Origin: Comamonas sp.
GTDB lineage: Bacteria; Pseudomonadota; Gammaproteobacteria; Burkholderiales; Burkholderiaceae_C
NCBI GenBank assembly: GCA_041984925.1
Contig: JBHIXF010000012.1
Coordinates: forward strand, 34,029 to 98,028
Reading direction: 5' to 3'
Length of the DNA: 64,000 nucleotides
Below are positions 37,809 through 48,330 of the stretch, piece after piece. Both the position numbers and the translations under genes were made by a program. Below the pieces are notes generated by a model. That model was not told where the DNA came from and searched no databases. It saw only the letters and a list, made by a program, of their open reading frames with translations. Within the stretch, counting starts at the first letter, position 1. Every line of letters starts with the position of its first letter.

Positions 37809-39056
37809 ATGTCCTCCACATCCTCCGCGCCGGCTGCATTGGCCGGCATCAAGGTGCTTGATCTTTCGCGCGTGCTGGCCGGGCCCTGGTGCACGCAGAC
37901 GCTGGCCGACCTGGGCGCCGACGTGGTCAAGGTCGAGCGGCCCGTGGCCGGCGACGACACGCGCCACTGGGGCCCGCCGTTCCTGGCGCGCGACGATGGG
38001 CAGGCCACGCAGGAGGCCAGCTACTTCACGGCCTGCAACCGCAACAAGCGATCGGTCACGATCGACATGTCCACGGCCGATGGCCAGCAGCTGATCCGCC
38101 AGATGGCGGCCGGGGCGGACGTGCTGGTGGAGAACTTCAAGGTCGGTGGCCTGGCACAGTACGGCCTGGACTACGACAGCCTCAAGGCGCTCAACCCGCG
38201 CCTGATCTATTGCTCGGTCACGGGCTTCGGCCAGACCGGCCCGTATGCCGAGCGCGCGGGCTACGACCTCATGGTGCAGGCCATGTGCGGGCTGATGAGC
38301 ATCACCGGCCATGGCGACGGGACGCCCGGCGGCGGGCCGCTCAAGGTGGGCGTGGCCGTGATCGATGTCTTCACGGGCCTGTATGCCAGCAATGCCATCC
38401 TGGCGGCGCTGCATGCGCGCCAGAGCTCGGGCCGGGGCCAGTACATCGACATGGCCCTGCTCGACGTGGGCATGGCCGTGCTGGCCAACCAGGCCGCGGG
38501 CTTTCTGGCCACGGGCGAATCGCCCGTGCGGGCGGGCAACATCCACCCCAGCCTGGCGCCCTACCAGGACTTCGCCACGGCCGACGGCAACGTGCTGCTG
38601 GCCATCGGCAACGACGGACAGTTTGCCCGCTTTTGCGCCGCCATCGGCGAGCCGGGCTGGGCGCAGGACGAGCGCTTCGCCACCAACACGGCACGCGTGC
38701 GCAACCGCCAGGCCCTGCTGGAGCGGCTGGTGCCCGCCATGAAGACGCGCGGCACGGCCGAGTGGATCGCGCTGCTGCAAGACAAGGCCGTGCCCTGCGG
38801 CCCTATCAACACCGTCGCCCAGGCCTTCGATGATCCGCAGGTGCGCGCACGCGGCATCCGCATCGAGCTGCCGCGCGAGGGCGGCGGCGGCATCTCGCGC
38901 ATCGGCGGCGTGGCCAGCCCCATGCGCCTGAGCGATACGCCACCCGTGCTGCGCAGCGCGCCGCCCGCCCTGGGCCAGCATACCGACGAGGTGCTGGCCG
39001 AGCTGGGCCTGGGCCCCATGGCCATCCAGGCGCTGCGCTCGCGCGGCGTGGTCTGA
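37809..39056 (+). CDS. CaiB/BaiF family III CoA-transferase (glutarate CoA-transferase-like)
   Basis: GIKVLDLSRVLAGPWCTQTLADLGADVVKVERP and a central Asp-containing block typical of family III CoA-transferases. Follows gcdH. An alternative start lies at 37761. Confidence 0.88.
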   Translation: MSSTSSAPAALAGIKVLDLSRVLAGPWCTQTLADLGADVVKVERPVAGDDTRHWGPPFLARDDGQATQEASYFTACNRNKRSVTIDMSTADGQQLIRQMAAGADVLVENFKVGGLAQYGLDYDSLKALNPRLIYCSVTGFGQTGPYAERAGYDLMVQAMCGLMSITGHGDGTPGGGPLKVGVAVIDVFTGLYASNAILAALHARQSSGRGQYIDMALLDVGMAVLANQAAGFLATGESPVRAGNIHPSLAPYQDFATADGNVLLAIGNDGQFARFCAAIGEPGWAQDERFATNTARVRNRQALLERLVPAMKTRGTAEWIALLQDKAVPCGPINTVAQAFDDPQVRARGIRIELPREGGGGISRIGGVASPMRLSDTPPVLRSAPPALGQHTDEVLAELGLGPMAIQALRSRGVV

Positions 39057-39155
39057 CCCCCTGCATCACAGGAAACGCCTTACGAATCCCGTCTTCTTCC
39101 ACCCGCCGGTGCCTCGCAACAAACGTTCACAACATCCATTCACGGAGACAACACC

Positions 39156-40130
39156 ATGACTCACACTTCCCGCACCGCACTCGCCGGCATCCTGGGCGCC
39201 CTGGCGCTTTCGGGCGCCGCCCATGCCCAGGGCTACCCCACCAAGCCCATCAAGCTGCTCGTGCCCTTCGCGGCCGGCGGCACCACCGACCTGATCGCGC
39301 GCATCGTCGCCGAACCGCTGGGCCGCGCCCTGGGCCAGCCCGTGGTCGTCGAGAACAAGGGCGGCGGCGGCGGCAGCATCGGCGCAGCCGAGACGGCACG
39401 CTCTCAGCCCGACGGCTACAGCCTGGGCATCGCCACCGTGTCCACCACGGCCACCAACCCCGCGATCAATCCCAAGATCCCCTACAACGTGCTGACCGAC
39501 TTCACGCCCATCGTGAACATCGCGGCCACGCCCAACATCATTGCGGCCAACCCCAAGTTCCCCGCCAGGAACTACCAGGAGTTCCTGGCCGAGGTGAAGA
39601 AGAACCCGGGCAAGTACTCCTACGCCTCGCCCGGCAACGGCAGCATCACCCACCTGATGATGGAGATGTACAAGCTGTCCACCGGCACCGACATCACCCA
39701 CGTGCCCTACCGCGGCAGCGGCCCGGCGCTGAACGACGCCGTCGCCGGCCAGGTCCCGCTGATCTTCGACAACCTGCCCTCGGCCCTGGGCTTCGTCAAG
39801 GAAAAGCGCCTGGTGCCCATCGTGGTCGCCGCCCCCCAGCGCCTGGCCGCCCTGCCCGACGTGCCCACCTTCAAGGAAGTGGGCCTGGCGCCCGTCAACC
39901 GCATGGCCTACTACGGCATCGTCGGCCCCAGGAACCTGCCGCGCGACATCGTGGACAAGGTCAATGCCGCCACGCGCAAGGTGCTGCAGGACCCGGCGAT
40001 CAAAAAGCGCATCGAGGAGACCGGCTCGCTGATCGTGGCCGACACGCCCGAGCATTTCTTCGAGGAGATCAAGGCCGAGTACGCCGTCTACAAGGACGTG
40101 GTGCAAAAGCAGAATCTGACGATGGATTGA
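39156..40130 (+). CDS. Bug family (TctC-like) tripartite tricarboxylate transporter substrate-binding protein
   Basis: 324-aa ORF with a signal peptide, then YPTKPIKLLVPFAAGGTTDLIARIVA and VPYRGSGPALNDAVAGQVPLIFDN, classic Bug motifs. Confidence 0.9.
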   Translation: MTHTSRTALAGILGALALSGAAHAQGYPTKPIKLLVPFAAGGTTDLIARIVAEPLGRALGQPVVVENKGGGGGSIGAAETARSQPDGYSLGIATVSTTATNPAINPKIPYNVLTDFTPIVNIAATPNIIAANPKFPARNYQEFLAEVKKNPGKYSYASPGNGSITHLMMEMYKLSTGTDITHVPYRGSGPALNDAVAGQVPLIFDNLPSALGFVKEKRLVPIVVAAPQRLAALPDVPTFKEVGLAPVNRMAYYGIVGPRNLPRDIVDKVNAATRKVLQDPAIKKRIEETGSLIVADTPEHFFEEIKAEYAVYKDVVQKQNLTMD

Positions 40131-40175
40131 GCCTGCGCGTCACCCACCGACCCTCCCCGCCACGGCGGGGATTTT

Positions 40176-41054
40176 TCATGGTGCGCCCTGCCCCGGCGCC
40201 AGCAGCGCATCGCAGGCCTCGCACAGCCGCTCGGCCAGCCGCCGGCCCGGCGCCGACAGCTGGGCGCGCACATGCAGGGCCACCTCCACATCGGGTACGG
40301 GAGAGAAGCCGGCCACGCCATCGAGCAGGCGATGGCCGGGGCCGACCAGCCGGCGCGGCAAAAGGCTCACGCCCAGGCCCTGCTCCACGGCGGCCTGCAG
40401 GCTGGCCAGGCTGGCGCTCACATAGGCCAGGCGCCAGCGGCGGCCCGCCGCATCCAGCGCGTGCGTCATCTCGCGGCGGTACAGGCCGCCCTGCGCGAAC
40501 ACCGCCAGCGGCAGCGGCTCCTGTGCCTGGCAGGGGTGCAGCGCGCTGTCGATCCAGGCCAGCGGCTCGGGCCAGCGGGCCAGTCCGGCGGCGCTGCCGC
40601 TGCGCTGCTTGACCAGGGCCAGATCCAGCTCACCGGCCTGGAACTGCTGCCAGATCCCCTGCGACATGCCGCTGGCCAGCTCCAGCCGCAACTGCGGCTG
40701 GGCGCGCGCCAGCGCGGCAAAGGCCGGCATCAGCGCATGGGACGCGAAGTCCTCGGGAACGCCGATGCGCAGCGCCGTTTCGGCGGCGCCCGCCAGCTGC
40801 CCGACGGCCTCGTCCATCAGTGCCAGGATGCGCTGCGCATAGGCCAGCAGGCGCTCGCCCTCGGGCGTGCAGGCCACATGGCGCCCGCTGCGGTCCAGCA
40901 GCGTGCACCCCATCTGCTCTTCCAGCCGGCGGATCTGCTGGCTGACGGTGGACTGGGTCAGGTGCACGCCCGCGGCCGCGCGCGTGAAACTGCCGGTTTC
41001 AGCGACGGCGCAGAAGCTGCGCAAGAGAACGGGGTCGATGGAGGATGCAGGCAT
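40176..41054 (-). CDS. LysR family transcriptional regulator
   Basis: Start at the ATG at 41054 (MPASSIDPVLLRSFCAVAETGSFTRAAAGVHLTQSTVSQQIRRLE). Divergent from the deaminase/MFS pair. Confidence 0.85.
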   Translation of the reverse strand: MPASSIDPVLLRSFCAVAETGSFTRAAAGVHLTQSTVSQQIRRLEEQMGCTLLDRSGRHVACTPEGERLLAYAQRILALMDEAVGQLAGAAETALRIGVPEDFASHALMPAFAALARAQPQLRLELASGMSQGIWQQFQAGELDLALVKQRSGSAAGLARWPEPLAWIDSALHPCQAQEPLPLAVFAQGGLYRREMTHALDAAGRRWRLAYVSASLASLQAAVEQGLGVSLLPRRLVGPGHRLLDGVAGFSPVPDVEVALHVRAQLSAPGRRLAERLCEACDALLAPGQGAP

Positions 41055-41154
41055 GGCGGGTTGCGCCGGAAGGCGCCGGATCAGTGGACTTGTCACTGCA
41101 ATGCATTTGAACATTTCATTTTCAAATTCCATGGCAGCCCCCTAGACTGCCGCC

Positions 41155-41616
41155 ATGCAAGAACAGCAACACATCCGGCTGCTGCGCCAGGCCGTGCAAC
41201 TGGCGCGCGACAACCGCCTGCGTGGCGGACGGCCCTTCGGCGCGGTGCTGGCGCGCGAAGGCCAGATCCTGGCCACGGGCGTCAACGAAATCGTGCAAAG
41301 CCACGACCCCAGCGCCCATGCCGAGATGCAGGCGCTGCGCGCCGGCACGCGCGCCCAGGCCAGCGCCAGCCTGGCCGGCTGCGCCATCTATGCCAGCGGC
41401 CACCCCTGCCCCATGTGCCTTTGCGCCCTGGTCATGGCGGGGGCCGAACAGGTCTTCTTCGCCTTCGACAACGCGGACGCCCGCCCCTACGGCCTGTCCA
41501 GCGAGGGCGCCTACCAGCGGCTGCGCCTGCCCCTGGCACCACCGCCTCTGCCGCTGACCCGGCTGGACACGGGCATCACGGCAGCCCAGCTCTATGGCGA
41601 TGCGCCCTGGGCCTGA
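41155..41616 (+). CDS. Nucleoside/guanine deaminase (CMP/dCMP deaminase zinc-binding family)
   Basis: 153-aa ORF with HAEMQALR and the PCPMCLCAL zinc ligands. Confidence 0.85.
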   Translation: MQEQQHIRLLRQAVQLARDNRLRGGRPFGAVLAREGQILATGVNEIVQSHDPSAHAEMQALRAGTRAQASASLAGCAIYASGHPCPMCLCALVMAGAEQVFFAFDNADARPYGLSSEGAYQRLRLPLAPPPLPLTRLDTGITAAQLYGDAPWA

Positions 41617-42844
41617 AGCGAGGGGCGCCCTCGCCCCGCCGCGCGGCGCCACCTCCCCATCCACGCCCGCCATCGGCGCCGCACTGTGGCTGGCGACCGT
41701 GGTGCTGGCCACGCTGAACCTGAGGCCCTTTCTCACCGCCGTGGGGCCGCTGGGCCCGCAGATCCAGTCCGCCACGGGCATGGGCCTGTCCGCCCTGTCC
41801 TGGCTGACGCTGCTGCCGATGGCGCTGATGGGCATTGGTGCCTGGCTGGCCCCGGCGGCCTTGCGCCGGCTGGGACCCCGCCGTGCCATGGCGCTCTCGC
41901 TGGCGGCGATCGCCCTGGGCTGCGCGCTGCGCGCGGCCGGCGCGGACGCCGCGATGCTGCTGGCCACGGCCGCGCTGTGCGGCGCGGGCGTGGCCCTGGT
42001 GCAAGGCGTGCTGCCGGGGCTGATCAAACGCCAGTCCCCCACGCGCATGGCGCAGATGATGGGCCTGTACTCGGCCGCGCTCATGGGCGGCGGCGCCCTG
42101 GGCGCCCAACTGTCGCCGCTGGCCGTGCAATGGGGGCTGGACTGGCGCCTGGCGCTGGCCCTGTGGGCCCTGCCCGCCTTGCTGGCAGCGGCGCTGGCGT
42201 GGCATGCGCTGCGCGCACTGCCGGGGCCGGCCACCGCACCGGAGCGCACCGGCTGGCTGCGCCGCCGGCCGCGCACCTGGCTGCTGATGGCCTGCTTCGG
42301 CCTGGTTAACGGCGGCTACGCGGCCCTGGTGGCCTGGCTGGCGCCCTTCTACCAGGGCCTCGGCTGGAGCCCCGCGCAAAGCGGCGGCCTGGTCGCCCTG
42401 CTGTCCGTGGCCCAGGCCGGCGCGGCGCTGGGCCTGCCCATGCTGGCGTCCCGCCGCCTCGACCGCCGCCCCTGGCTGGGCTTCGCGCTGCTGTGCCAGG
42501 TCACAGGCCTGGCAGGACTGGCCTGTTGGCCCGACGCTGCGCCCTTGCTCAATACCGTCGTGCTCGGCATCGGCCTGGGCGGCTGTTTCGCGCTGATGAT
42601 GGTGGTGGCACTGGACCACCTGCCCCATCCGGCACAGGCCGGCGCTCTGAACGCGCTGATGCAGGGCGGCGGCTTCATGATCGCGGCCATGGCCCCCCTG
42701 GCCGTTGCACTGCTGCACCAGGCCACGGGCGGCTTTCGCGCCGGCTGGCTGGCGCAACTGGGCGCCGTGCTGGTGGTCTGCGTGCTGGTGGCGCGGCTCG
42801 CGCCTGTGCGCTATGCGCAGGCAATGCGGGCGCCGGCCGCCTGA
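41594..42844 (+). CDS. MFS transporter (CynX/cyanate-transporter-like)
   Basis: About 12 TM helices with a CynX-like first helix and loop (LATLNLRPFLTAVGPL). Overlaps the deaminase gene by 23 nt; the start is uncertain. Confidence 0.75.
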   Translation: MAMRPGPEARGALAPPRGATSPSTPAIGAALWLATVVLATLNLRPFLTAVGPLGPQIQSATGMGLSALSWLTLLPMALMGIGAWLAPAALRRLGPRRAMALSLAAIALGCALRAAGADAAMLLATAALCGAGVALVQGVLPGLIKRQSPTRMAQMMGLYSAALMGGGALGAQLSPLAVQWGLDWRLALALWALPALLAAALAWHALRALPGPATAPERTGWLRRRPRTWLLMACFGLVNGGYAALVAWLAPFYQGLGWSPAQSGGLVALLSVAQAGAALGLPMLASRRLDRRPWLGFALLCQVTGLAGLACWPDAAPLLNTVVLGIGLGGCFALMMVVALDHLPHPAQAGALNALMQGGGFMIAAMAPLAVALLHQATGGFRAGWLAQLGAVLVVCVLVARLAPVRYAQAMRAPAA

Positions 42845-42850
42845 TTGCCG

Positions 42851-44077
42851 TCAGTGCGCCGGGGCCTGGAAGCCCGCCGACCAGCGCACGAAGGCCCAGG
42901 CGCACCAGACCAGGCCCAGCGCGATCAGGCCGCCGCCGATCCAGCCGATGTTCTGCATGCCCGCCTGCATGCTGACCTGGCTGCCCAGCAGCGCGCCGCC
43001 GCCAATGCCGATGTTGAAGATGCCCGAGAACATGGACATGCCCACGTCGGTGGCATCGGCGGCCAGCTTGAGCACCTGAGACTGCATGGCCAGCGCGAAG
43101 CAGATCATGGCGATGCCCCAGACCGCGCTCATCGCATAGAGCGAGGCCTCATGGCCCGAGGCCGGCGCCAGCATCAGCAGGCTGGCCGACAGCACGCCGA
43201 TGGCGGCCAGCAGGAAGCCGCGCGGATGGCGCAGGCCCCACCAGCTGAACATCACGCTGCCCACGATGCCCATGCCGCCATACAGCAGCAGCACGGCCGT
43301 GGTCACGCTGCCCTCGAAGCCCGCGATGTCCTGCACGAAGGGCTCGATATAGCTGTAGGCCGTGAACTGGCCCGTGATCACCACCACCAGCAGGATGTAG
43401 ATGGACAGCAGCGCCGGGCGGCGCAGCAGCATGGGCACGCTGGACAGGTTGCCCGCGTTCTCGCTGGGCAGCAGCGGCAGCAGGCGGGCCAGGGCCACCA
43501 TCACGATGGCGGCCACGCCGCCCACGGCCAGGAAGGTGGTGCGCCAGCCCAGCCATTCACCGACGACGCGCCCCAGCGGAATGCCCAGCACCATGGCCAT
43601 GGAGGTGCCCGTGGCCAGCAGGCTCAGCGCCACGGCCTTCCTGCCCGGGGGCGCCACGCGCACGGCCAGCGAGGCCGTGATGGACCAGAACACCGCGTGC
43701 GACAGCGCGATGCCGATGCGGCTGACCATGAGCGAGGCAAAGCTCCAGGCCACGCCCGACAGCACATGGCTGGCGACGAACAGCGCGAACACCCCCATCA
43801 GCAGCCGGCGACGCTCGACATTGCGGGTCAGCAGCATGAAGGGCAGCGAGGCCAGGGCCACGATCCAGGCATAGATGGTCAGCATCAGCCCGACCTGTTC
43901 GGTGGGCATGGCAAAGCTGGCCCCGATGCTGCTGAGCAGGCCCACAGGCACGAACTCGGTGGTGTTGAAGACGAAGGCACCCAGCGCCAGAGCCACCACG
44001 CTGAGCCAGGCCTGGACCGGCGCGGGCGTGGAAGAAGCGGGGACGGAACCGGCGGCAGCGGAAACGGATGGGGGCAT
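42851..44077 (-). CDS. MFS sugar-efflux transporter (SotB/YdeA-like)
   Basis: Start at the ATG at 44077. [35 protein letters not shown] and [24 protein letters not shown] resemble SotB-family sequences. Confidence 0.8.
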   Translation of the reverse strand: MPPSVSAAAGSVPASSTPAPVQAWLSVVALALGAFVFNTTEFVPVGLLSSIGASFAMPTEQVGLMLTIYAWIVALASLPFMLLTRNVERRRLLMGVFALFVASHVLSGVAWSFASLMVSRIGIALSHAVFWSITASLAVRVAPPGRKAVALSLLATGTSMAMVLGIPLGRVVGEWLGWRTTFLAVGGVAAIVMVALARLLPLLPSENAGNLSSVPMLLRRPALLSIYILLVVVITGQFTAYSYIEPFVQDIAGFEGSVTTAVLLLYGGMGIVGSVMFSWWGLRHPRGFLLAAIGVLSASLLMLAPASGHEASLYAMSAVWGIAMICFALAMQSQVLKLAADATDVGMSMFSGIFNIGIGGGALLGSQVSMQAGMQNIGWIGGGLIALGLVWCAWAFVRWSAGFQAPAH

Positions 44078-44179
44078 GAAAGACCGTGGGGACTTTGTAT
44101 GTTGCAGCGCAATATTGTGCTGCGCCATGCGACGGCGTGATGTCGGCCGCCACGCCGCCCCCAGAGCCGCCAGGGGAAC

Positions 44180-44569
44180 TCAGGACGGCGGCAGGTGGCA
44201 GACGGCCTCGATGTTGTGGCCGTCCGGGTCCAGCACGAAGGCCGCGTAGTAGTCCGCGTGGTAGTGCAGGCGCAGGCCCGGCTCGCCATTGCAGCGCCCG
44301 CCCGCGGCCAGTGCGGCGGCATGGAAGTCATCGACCATGTTGCGGTTGTCCACCCGGAAGGCCACATGGACGGGTGGCGTGTTGGGCCCGCCGCCGCTGA
44401 TCCAGAAGTCGGGCTTGGGCGGCTCGCCGAAGCCCGCCGTGTCCGTGCGGCCCGTGACCTCGGCCGACAATTCCATGAGGATTTCATAGCCCAGCGGCGC
44501 CAGCGCGCGCGCATAGAAATCCCTGCTTCGCCTGAAATCCGATACCAGGACTCCCGTGTGGTCGATCAT
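44180..44569 (-). CDS. VOC family protein (glyoxalase-like)
   Basis: 129-aa product from the ATG at 44569 (MIDHTGVLVSDFRRSRDFYARALAPLGY...HVAFRV...FVLDPDGHNIEAV). Confidence 0.82.
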   Translation of the reverse strand: MIDHTGVLVSDFRRSRDFYARALAPLGYEILMELSAEVTGRTDTAGFGEPPKPDFWISGGGPNTPPVHVAFRVDNRNMVDDFHAAALAAGGRCNGEPGLRLHYHADYYAAFVLDPDGHNIEAVCHLPPS

Positions 44570-44638
44570 GGTGGTGCTCCCGCAGATAGGTGACAGGCAT
44601 GAGCATGCCATGCCGGCCGGCTGCGCACCACCCCGCAA

Positions 44639-45292
44639 TCAGTATGCGACGGTGAAGCGCTCGCGCAGGTGCAGGTTTTTCTCCAGCGCATCCACCAGGG
44701 CCACGGCCAGATCGGCGGCCGAGATCGTGCCGGGCTGGCCATCGGCCTGCATCAGCGGCTCGTCCTTGCCCGTGCGGTACCTGCCGGTGCGCTCGCCGTG
44801 CTCGCCCAGGTGCAGGGCGATGGGCGGGCTCAGCATCGTCCAGTCCAGGGCCGTTTCCTTCTGGAGCTCGGTCAGCGCATCGCGCGCCGCCGAGGCGCCG
44901 GGCCTGATGGCCGCCGGGAACTCCGGCGTGTCGACCAGTTGCCTGCCGGGCGCGACGTAGAGGCTGCCCGCGCCGCCGACCACGAGATAGCGCTGGACGC
45001 CGGCCGCCTTGGTGCCCGCCACGATGGCGCGCGAGCCGCGCATGAAGTCTTCATAGATCTCGGGATTGCCCCAGCCCGCGTTGTAGGCGCTGACCACGGC
45101 ATCCGTGCCGGCCACGGCGCGCTGCACGGCGGCGGCATCCAGCACATCGGCCTGGACGGCCTGCAGGTGCGGCTGCGCTGCCAGCCGGGCGGGATCACGC
45201 ACCAGGGCCACCACCTCATGGCCGCGTTGCAGCAACTCCTTGAGCACGGCGGAACCCACGAAGCCCGTCGCGCCGATCAATGCCACTTTCAT
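44639..45292 (-). CDS. NAD(P)H-binding protein (NmrA/atypical SDR family)
   Basis: 217-aa ORF with Rossmann motif MKVALIGATGFVGSAVLKELLQRGHEVVALVRD. Confidence 0.85.
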   Translation of the reverse strand: MKVALIGATGFVGSAVLKELLQRGHEVVALVRDPARLAAQPHLQAVQADVLDAAAVQRAVAGTDAVVSAYNAGWGNPEIYEDFMRGSRAIVAGTKAAGVQRYLVVGGAGSLYVAPGRQLVDTPEFPAAIRPGASAARDALTELQKETALDWTMLSPPIALHLGEHGERTGRYRTGKDEPLMQADGQPGTISAADLAVALVDALEKNLHLRERFTVAY

Positions 45293-45416
45293 TGCTTTCC
45301 TTTCAGGCGCCTGGGCGCCGTGTTCGACATGGCATCAAGGTTACGCCGTTCACAATCGTGGCGAAAGCCGGCATTTTTCGCCAACACCTTGAAGTGCAGC
45401 TTCATAATCAAGCACC

Positions 45417-46379
45417 ATGGACGACTACAGACGCATGGCGGTCTTCGCCGCCGTGGTGCAGCACGGATCGATGAGCGCCGCGGCGCGCGCCCTGGGCATG
45501 AGCCCCTCGGCCGTGAGCCAGCAGGTGCGCCAGCTGGAGCGCGAGGGCGGCGTGACCCTGCTGCACCGCTCCACCCGCCAGATCGCGCTGACCGACACGG
45601 GCGAGCGCTACTACCAGCAGTGCGCGGCCATGGCCCAGGCCGCCGCCCAGGCCCGCGCCGAACTGGCCGCCGCGCGCGACGAGCCCGGTGGCGAACTGCG
45701 CCTGTCGGCCACCGTGGGCTTTGCCCGCCACATCGCGCCCGCGCTGGGCGACTGGCTGGCCCGCCATCCGGCGTTGCGCCTGCACCTGGAAGTGGACGAT
45801 GCGCCCATCGACCTGATCCGGGGCCGCATCGACCTGGCGCTGCGCTTCGGCCGGCTGGCCGACTCGGGCTGGTCCGCCAGGAAGCTGGGTGCCATGAAAA
45901 ACTGGCTGTGCGCCTCGCCCGCCTGGGTACGGAGCCAGGGCACGGGCGCCGCCCTGCGCCACCCGGCCACCCTGGCGAGCGCACGCTGGCTGGGACTGGC
46001 ACGCGCGGGCCAGGGCCAGGTCCTGCGGATCGAGGCCCGACATGCGGACACCGGGCAAGCCTGCGGCCTGCAGATACAGCCCCATGTGGCCAGCAACAAC
46101 CAGTTGTCCCTGCAGCAGATGTGCGAGGCCGGCCTGGGCCTTGCCCTGCTGGGCAGCATGGACGTGACCGATGCGCTGGCCGAAGGACGCCTCGAACGGC
46201 TGCTGCCCGCCTGGGACTTCGGGGAGCTGGGCATCTGGGCCGTCACGCCGCAGCGCCAGGCCCAGCCGGCCAAGGTGCGCCAGGCCGTGGACGCGCTGCA
46301 GTCCTATCTGGCGCGGCTGGCCGGCGTGATCGACGTGCCGCCCGCGCCAGCGCAAAAAAGCCCGCCGAGGCGGGCATGA
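45417..46379 (+). CDS. LysR family transcriptional regulator
   Basis: 320-aa ORF with HTH FAAVVQHGSMSAAARALGMSPSAVSQQVRQLE. Divergent from the NmrA-like/VOC pair. Confidence 0.88.
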   Translation: MDDYRRMAVFAAVVQHGSMSAAARALGMSPSAVSQQVRQLEREGGVTLLHRSTRQIALTDTGERYYQQCAAMAQAAAQARAELAAARDEPGGELRLSATVGFARHIAPALGDWLARHPALRLHLEVDDAPIDLIRGRIDLALRFGRLADSGWSARKLGAMKNWLCASPAWVRSQGTGAALRHPATLASARWLGLARAGQGQVLRIEARHADTGQACGLQIQPHVASNNQLSLQQMCEAGLGLALLGSMDVTDALAEGRLERLLPAWDFGELGIWAVTPQRQAQPAKVRQAVDALQSYLARLAGVIDVPPAPAQKSPPRRA

Positions 46380-46399
46380 AACGAAGGGAAGGCCGGGGC

Positions 46400-47530
46400 T
46401 CAGTCGAGGGCGGTCTTCTGGCCGTTCTTGAACACGCTCAGCGTGTAGGAAGGGTTCTTCATCTCGCCATTCTTCTCGAAGGCGATCTTGGAGGTCACGC
46501 CCGAATAGTCGGCCTTTTGCAGGAAGGGGATGTAGACCTTGGGATCCCAGGAGTTGGCGCGCTTCATGGCGTCGGCCAGCATCATGGTCGCGTCGTAGAA
46601 GTAGGGGCTGTAGACCTGGAACTGGCCGGGGAACTTGGCGTCGTAGCGCTTCTTCCACTCCAGGCCGCCGGGCATCTTGGCCAGCGAGGCGCCGCCATCG
46701 GCGCAGATCACGTTGTCCAGCGGCTTGGCGCCCGCGGCCACCTTGGCCAGCTCGGGCACGCACAGGCCGTCGCCGCCGAAGTACTTGGCATCGTTCATGC
46801 CCAGTTGCGCCATCTGGCGCAGCATGGGGCCGGCCTGGCCGTACATGCCGCCGTAGAAGATGCCTTCCGGCTTCTTGGCCTTGATCGAGGTCAGGATGGC
46901 CATGAAGTCCGTGGCCTTGTCGTTCGTGAACTCCGAGGCCACGACCTTCACGCCCAGCTTTTCCGCATCCTTCTTGAACACGTTGGCCAGGCCCTGGCCG
47001 TAGGCCGTGCGGTCATCGATGATGGCCACGGTCTTGAGCTTGAGCGTCTGGGCCGCGTACTTGGCCAGCGCCGCGCCCAGGGCGTTGTCGTTGGCGATCA
47101 CGCGGTAGGTGGTGTTCCAGCCGGGCTTGGTCAGGTCGGGATTGGTGGCCGCGCCCGTGATCATGGGAATGCCGCAATCCTGGAAGACCTTGGACGAGGG
47201 AATGGCCACGCCGGAGTTCAGGAAGGCCACGGCGCCGGCGACCTTGTCGTCGCACAGCTTCTGCGAGGCGGCCGTGCCCTGCTTGGGATCGGCCACGTCG
47301 TCCTCGGCCACCAGCTGGAACTTGACCTTCTTGCCGGCGATCTCCATGCCCTTGGCATTGAGCTCGTCGATGGCCATGCGCACGCCGTTCTCGTTGTCCT
47401 TGCCGAAATTGGCCTGGGGGCCGGACACCGGGCCGATATGGCCGATGCGGATCACCTGCTCCTGGGCCATGGCCACGCCACCCATGCCGGCCACCACGGC
47501 CGCGATACACAACTTCCGGGACATCTTCAT
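46400..47530 (-). CDS. Branched-chain amino acid ABC transporter substrate-binding protein (LivJ/LivK-like), orphan
   Basis: 376-aa ORF with a signal peptide, then IRIGHIGPVSGPQANFGKDNENG and a periplasmic-binding type I fold. No permease or ATPase genes are adjacent. Confidence 0.85.
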   Translation of the reverse strand: MKMSRKLCIAAVVAGMGGVAMAQEQVIRIGHIGPVSGPQANFGKDNENGVRMAIDELNAKGMEIAGKKVKFQLVAEDDVADPKQGTAASQKLCDDKVAGAVAFLNSGVAIPSSKVFQDCGIPMITGAATNPDLTKPGWNTTYRVIANDNALGAALAKYAAQTLKLKTVAIIDDRTAYGQGLANVFKKDAEKLGVKVVASEFTNDKATDFMAILTSIKAKKPEGIFYGGMYGQAGPMLRQMAQLGMNDAKYFGGDGLCVPELAKVAAGAKPLDNVICADGGASLAKMPGGLEWKKRYDAKFPGQFQVYSPYFYDATMMLADAMKRANSWDPKVYIPFLQKADYSGVTSKIAFEKNGEMKNPSYTLSVFKNGQKTALD

Positions 47531-47676
47531 TGCGCACTCCTCAGTTGAAACAGAACGTCACGTTATTCCCGTCGCGCCCGCTTGGCAATGCGCAGTGACG
47601 GGGCCGCGACACTCGGCCCCCACTCAGTGTTTACGAGGATCCGCCCCGGCCCCAAGCTGTGATGGAAGGCCTGCGC

Positions 47677-48219
47677 TCAGGCGGCCCGGGCCTGGCCCAG
47701 CGCCTGCACCTGGGCCAGCTGGTCCAGCGCGGCCAGGCAGGCATGGGCCACTTCCACGCCCTTCTTCACGAAATGGGCGCGGAAGAACTCCACATGGTCG
47801 CCATGCTCGTGGAAGTCGCGCGGCGTGAGCACGGCCGAGAACACGGGCACCTCGGTGTCGAGCTGCACGCGCATCAGCCCGTCGATCACGGCCGAGGACA
47901 CGAACTCATGGCGGTAGATGCCGCCGTTGACGACCAGCGCGCAGGCGATGACGGCATCGAAGCGGCCGCTGTCGGCCAGCTTCTTGGCCAGCAGCGGAAT
48001 CTCGAAGGCGCCGGGCACGTTGAAGTGGCTGATGTTCTGCGCGGCCACGCCCTGGGCCTGCAGCTCGGCCTGCAGCGAGTCACGCGCCTGGTGCACGACA
48101 TCGGTGTGCCAGCTGGCGCAGATCACGGCCACGCGGCTGCGGGCCGCGACGGCCTTCCACGGCGTGCCCGGGGCCGTGCCGTGCGCGGAGAAGTTCAAGG
48201 AGACAGGAGTCTGATTCAT
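47677..48219 (-). CDS. ribH: 6,7-dimethyl-8-ribityllumazine synthase (RibH2-like, stand-alone)
   Basis: 180-aa product from the ATG at 48219. Lumazine synthase blocks (VPGAFEIPLLAKKLADSGRFDAVIACALVVNGGIYRHEFV, VPVFSAVLTP). Preceded by an FMN riboswitch. Confidence 0.85.
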   Translation of the reverse strand: MNQTPVSLNFSAHGTAPGTPWKAVAARSRVAVICASWHTDVVHQARDSLQAELQAQGVAAQNISHFNVPGAFEIPLLAKKLADSGRFDAVIACALVVNGGIYRHEFVSSAVIDGLMRVQLDTEVPVFSAVLTPRDFHEHGDHVEFFRAHFVKKGVEVAHACLAALDQLAQVQALGQARAA

Positions 48220-48330
48220 GGTGCTCTTTCGATAGGAGACTGATGAATCAGGGCGCGCGCCATGGCGCCGCATGGCGCGGCGCAGCCCCGGATGGAGCCC
48301 GGGACGGCACGCCTGCCATGCAGGTGCTGC

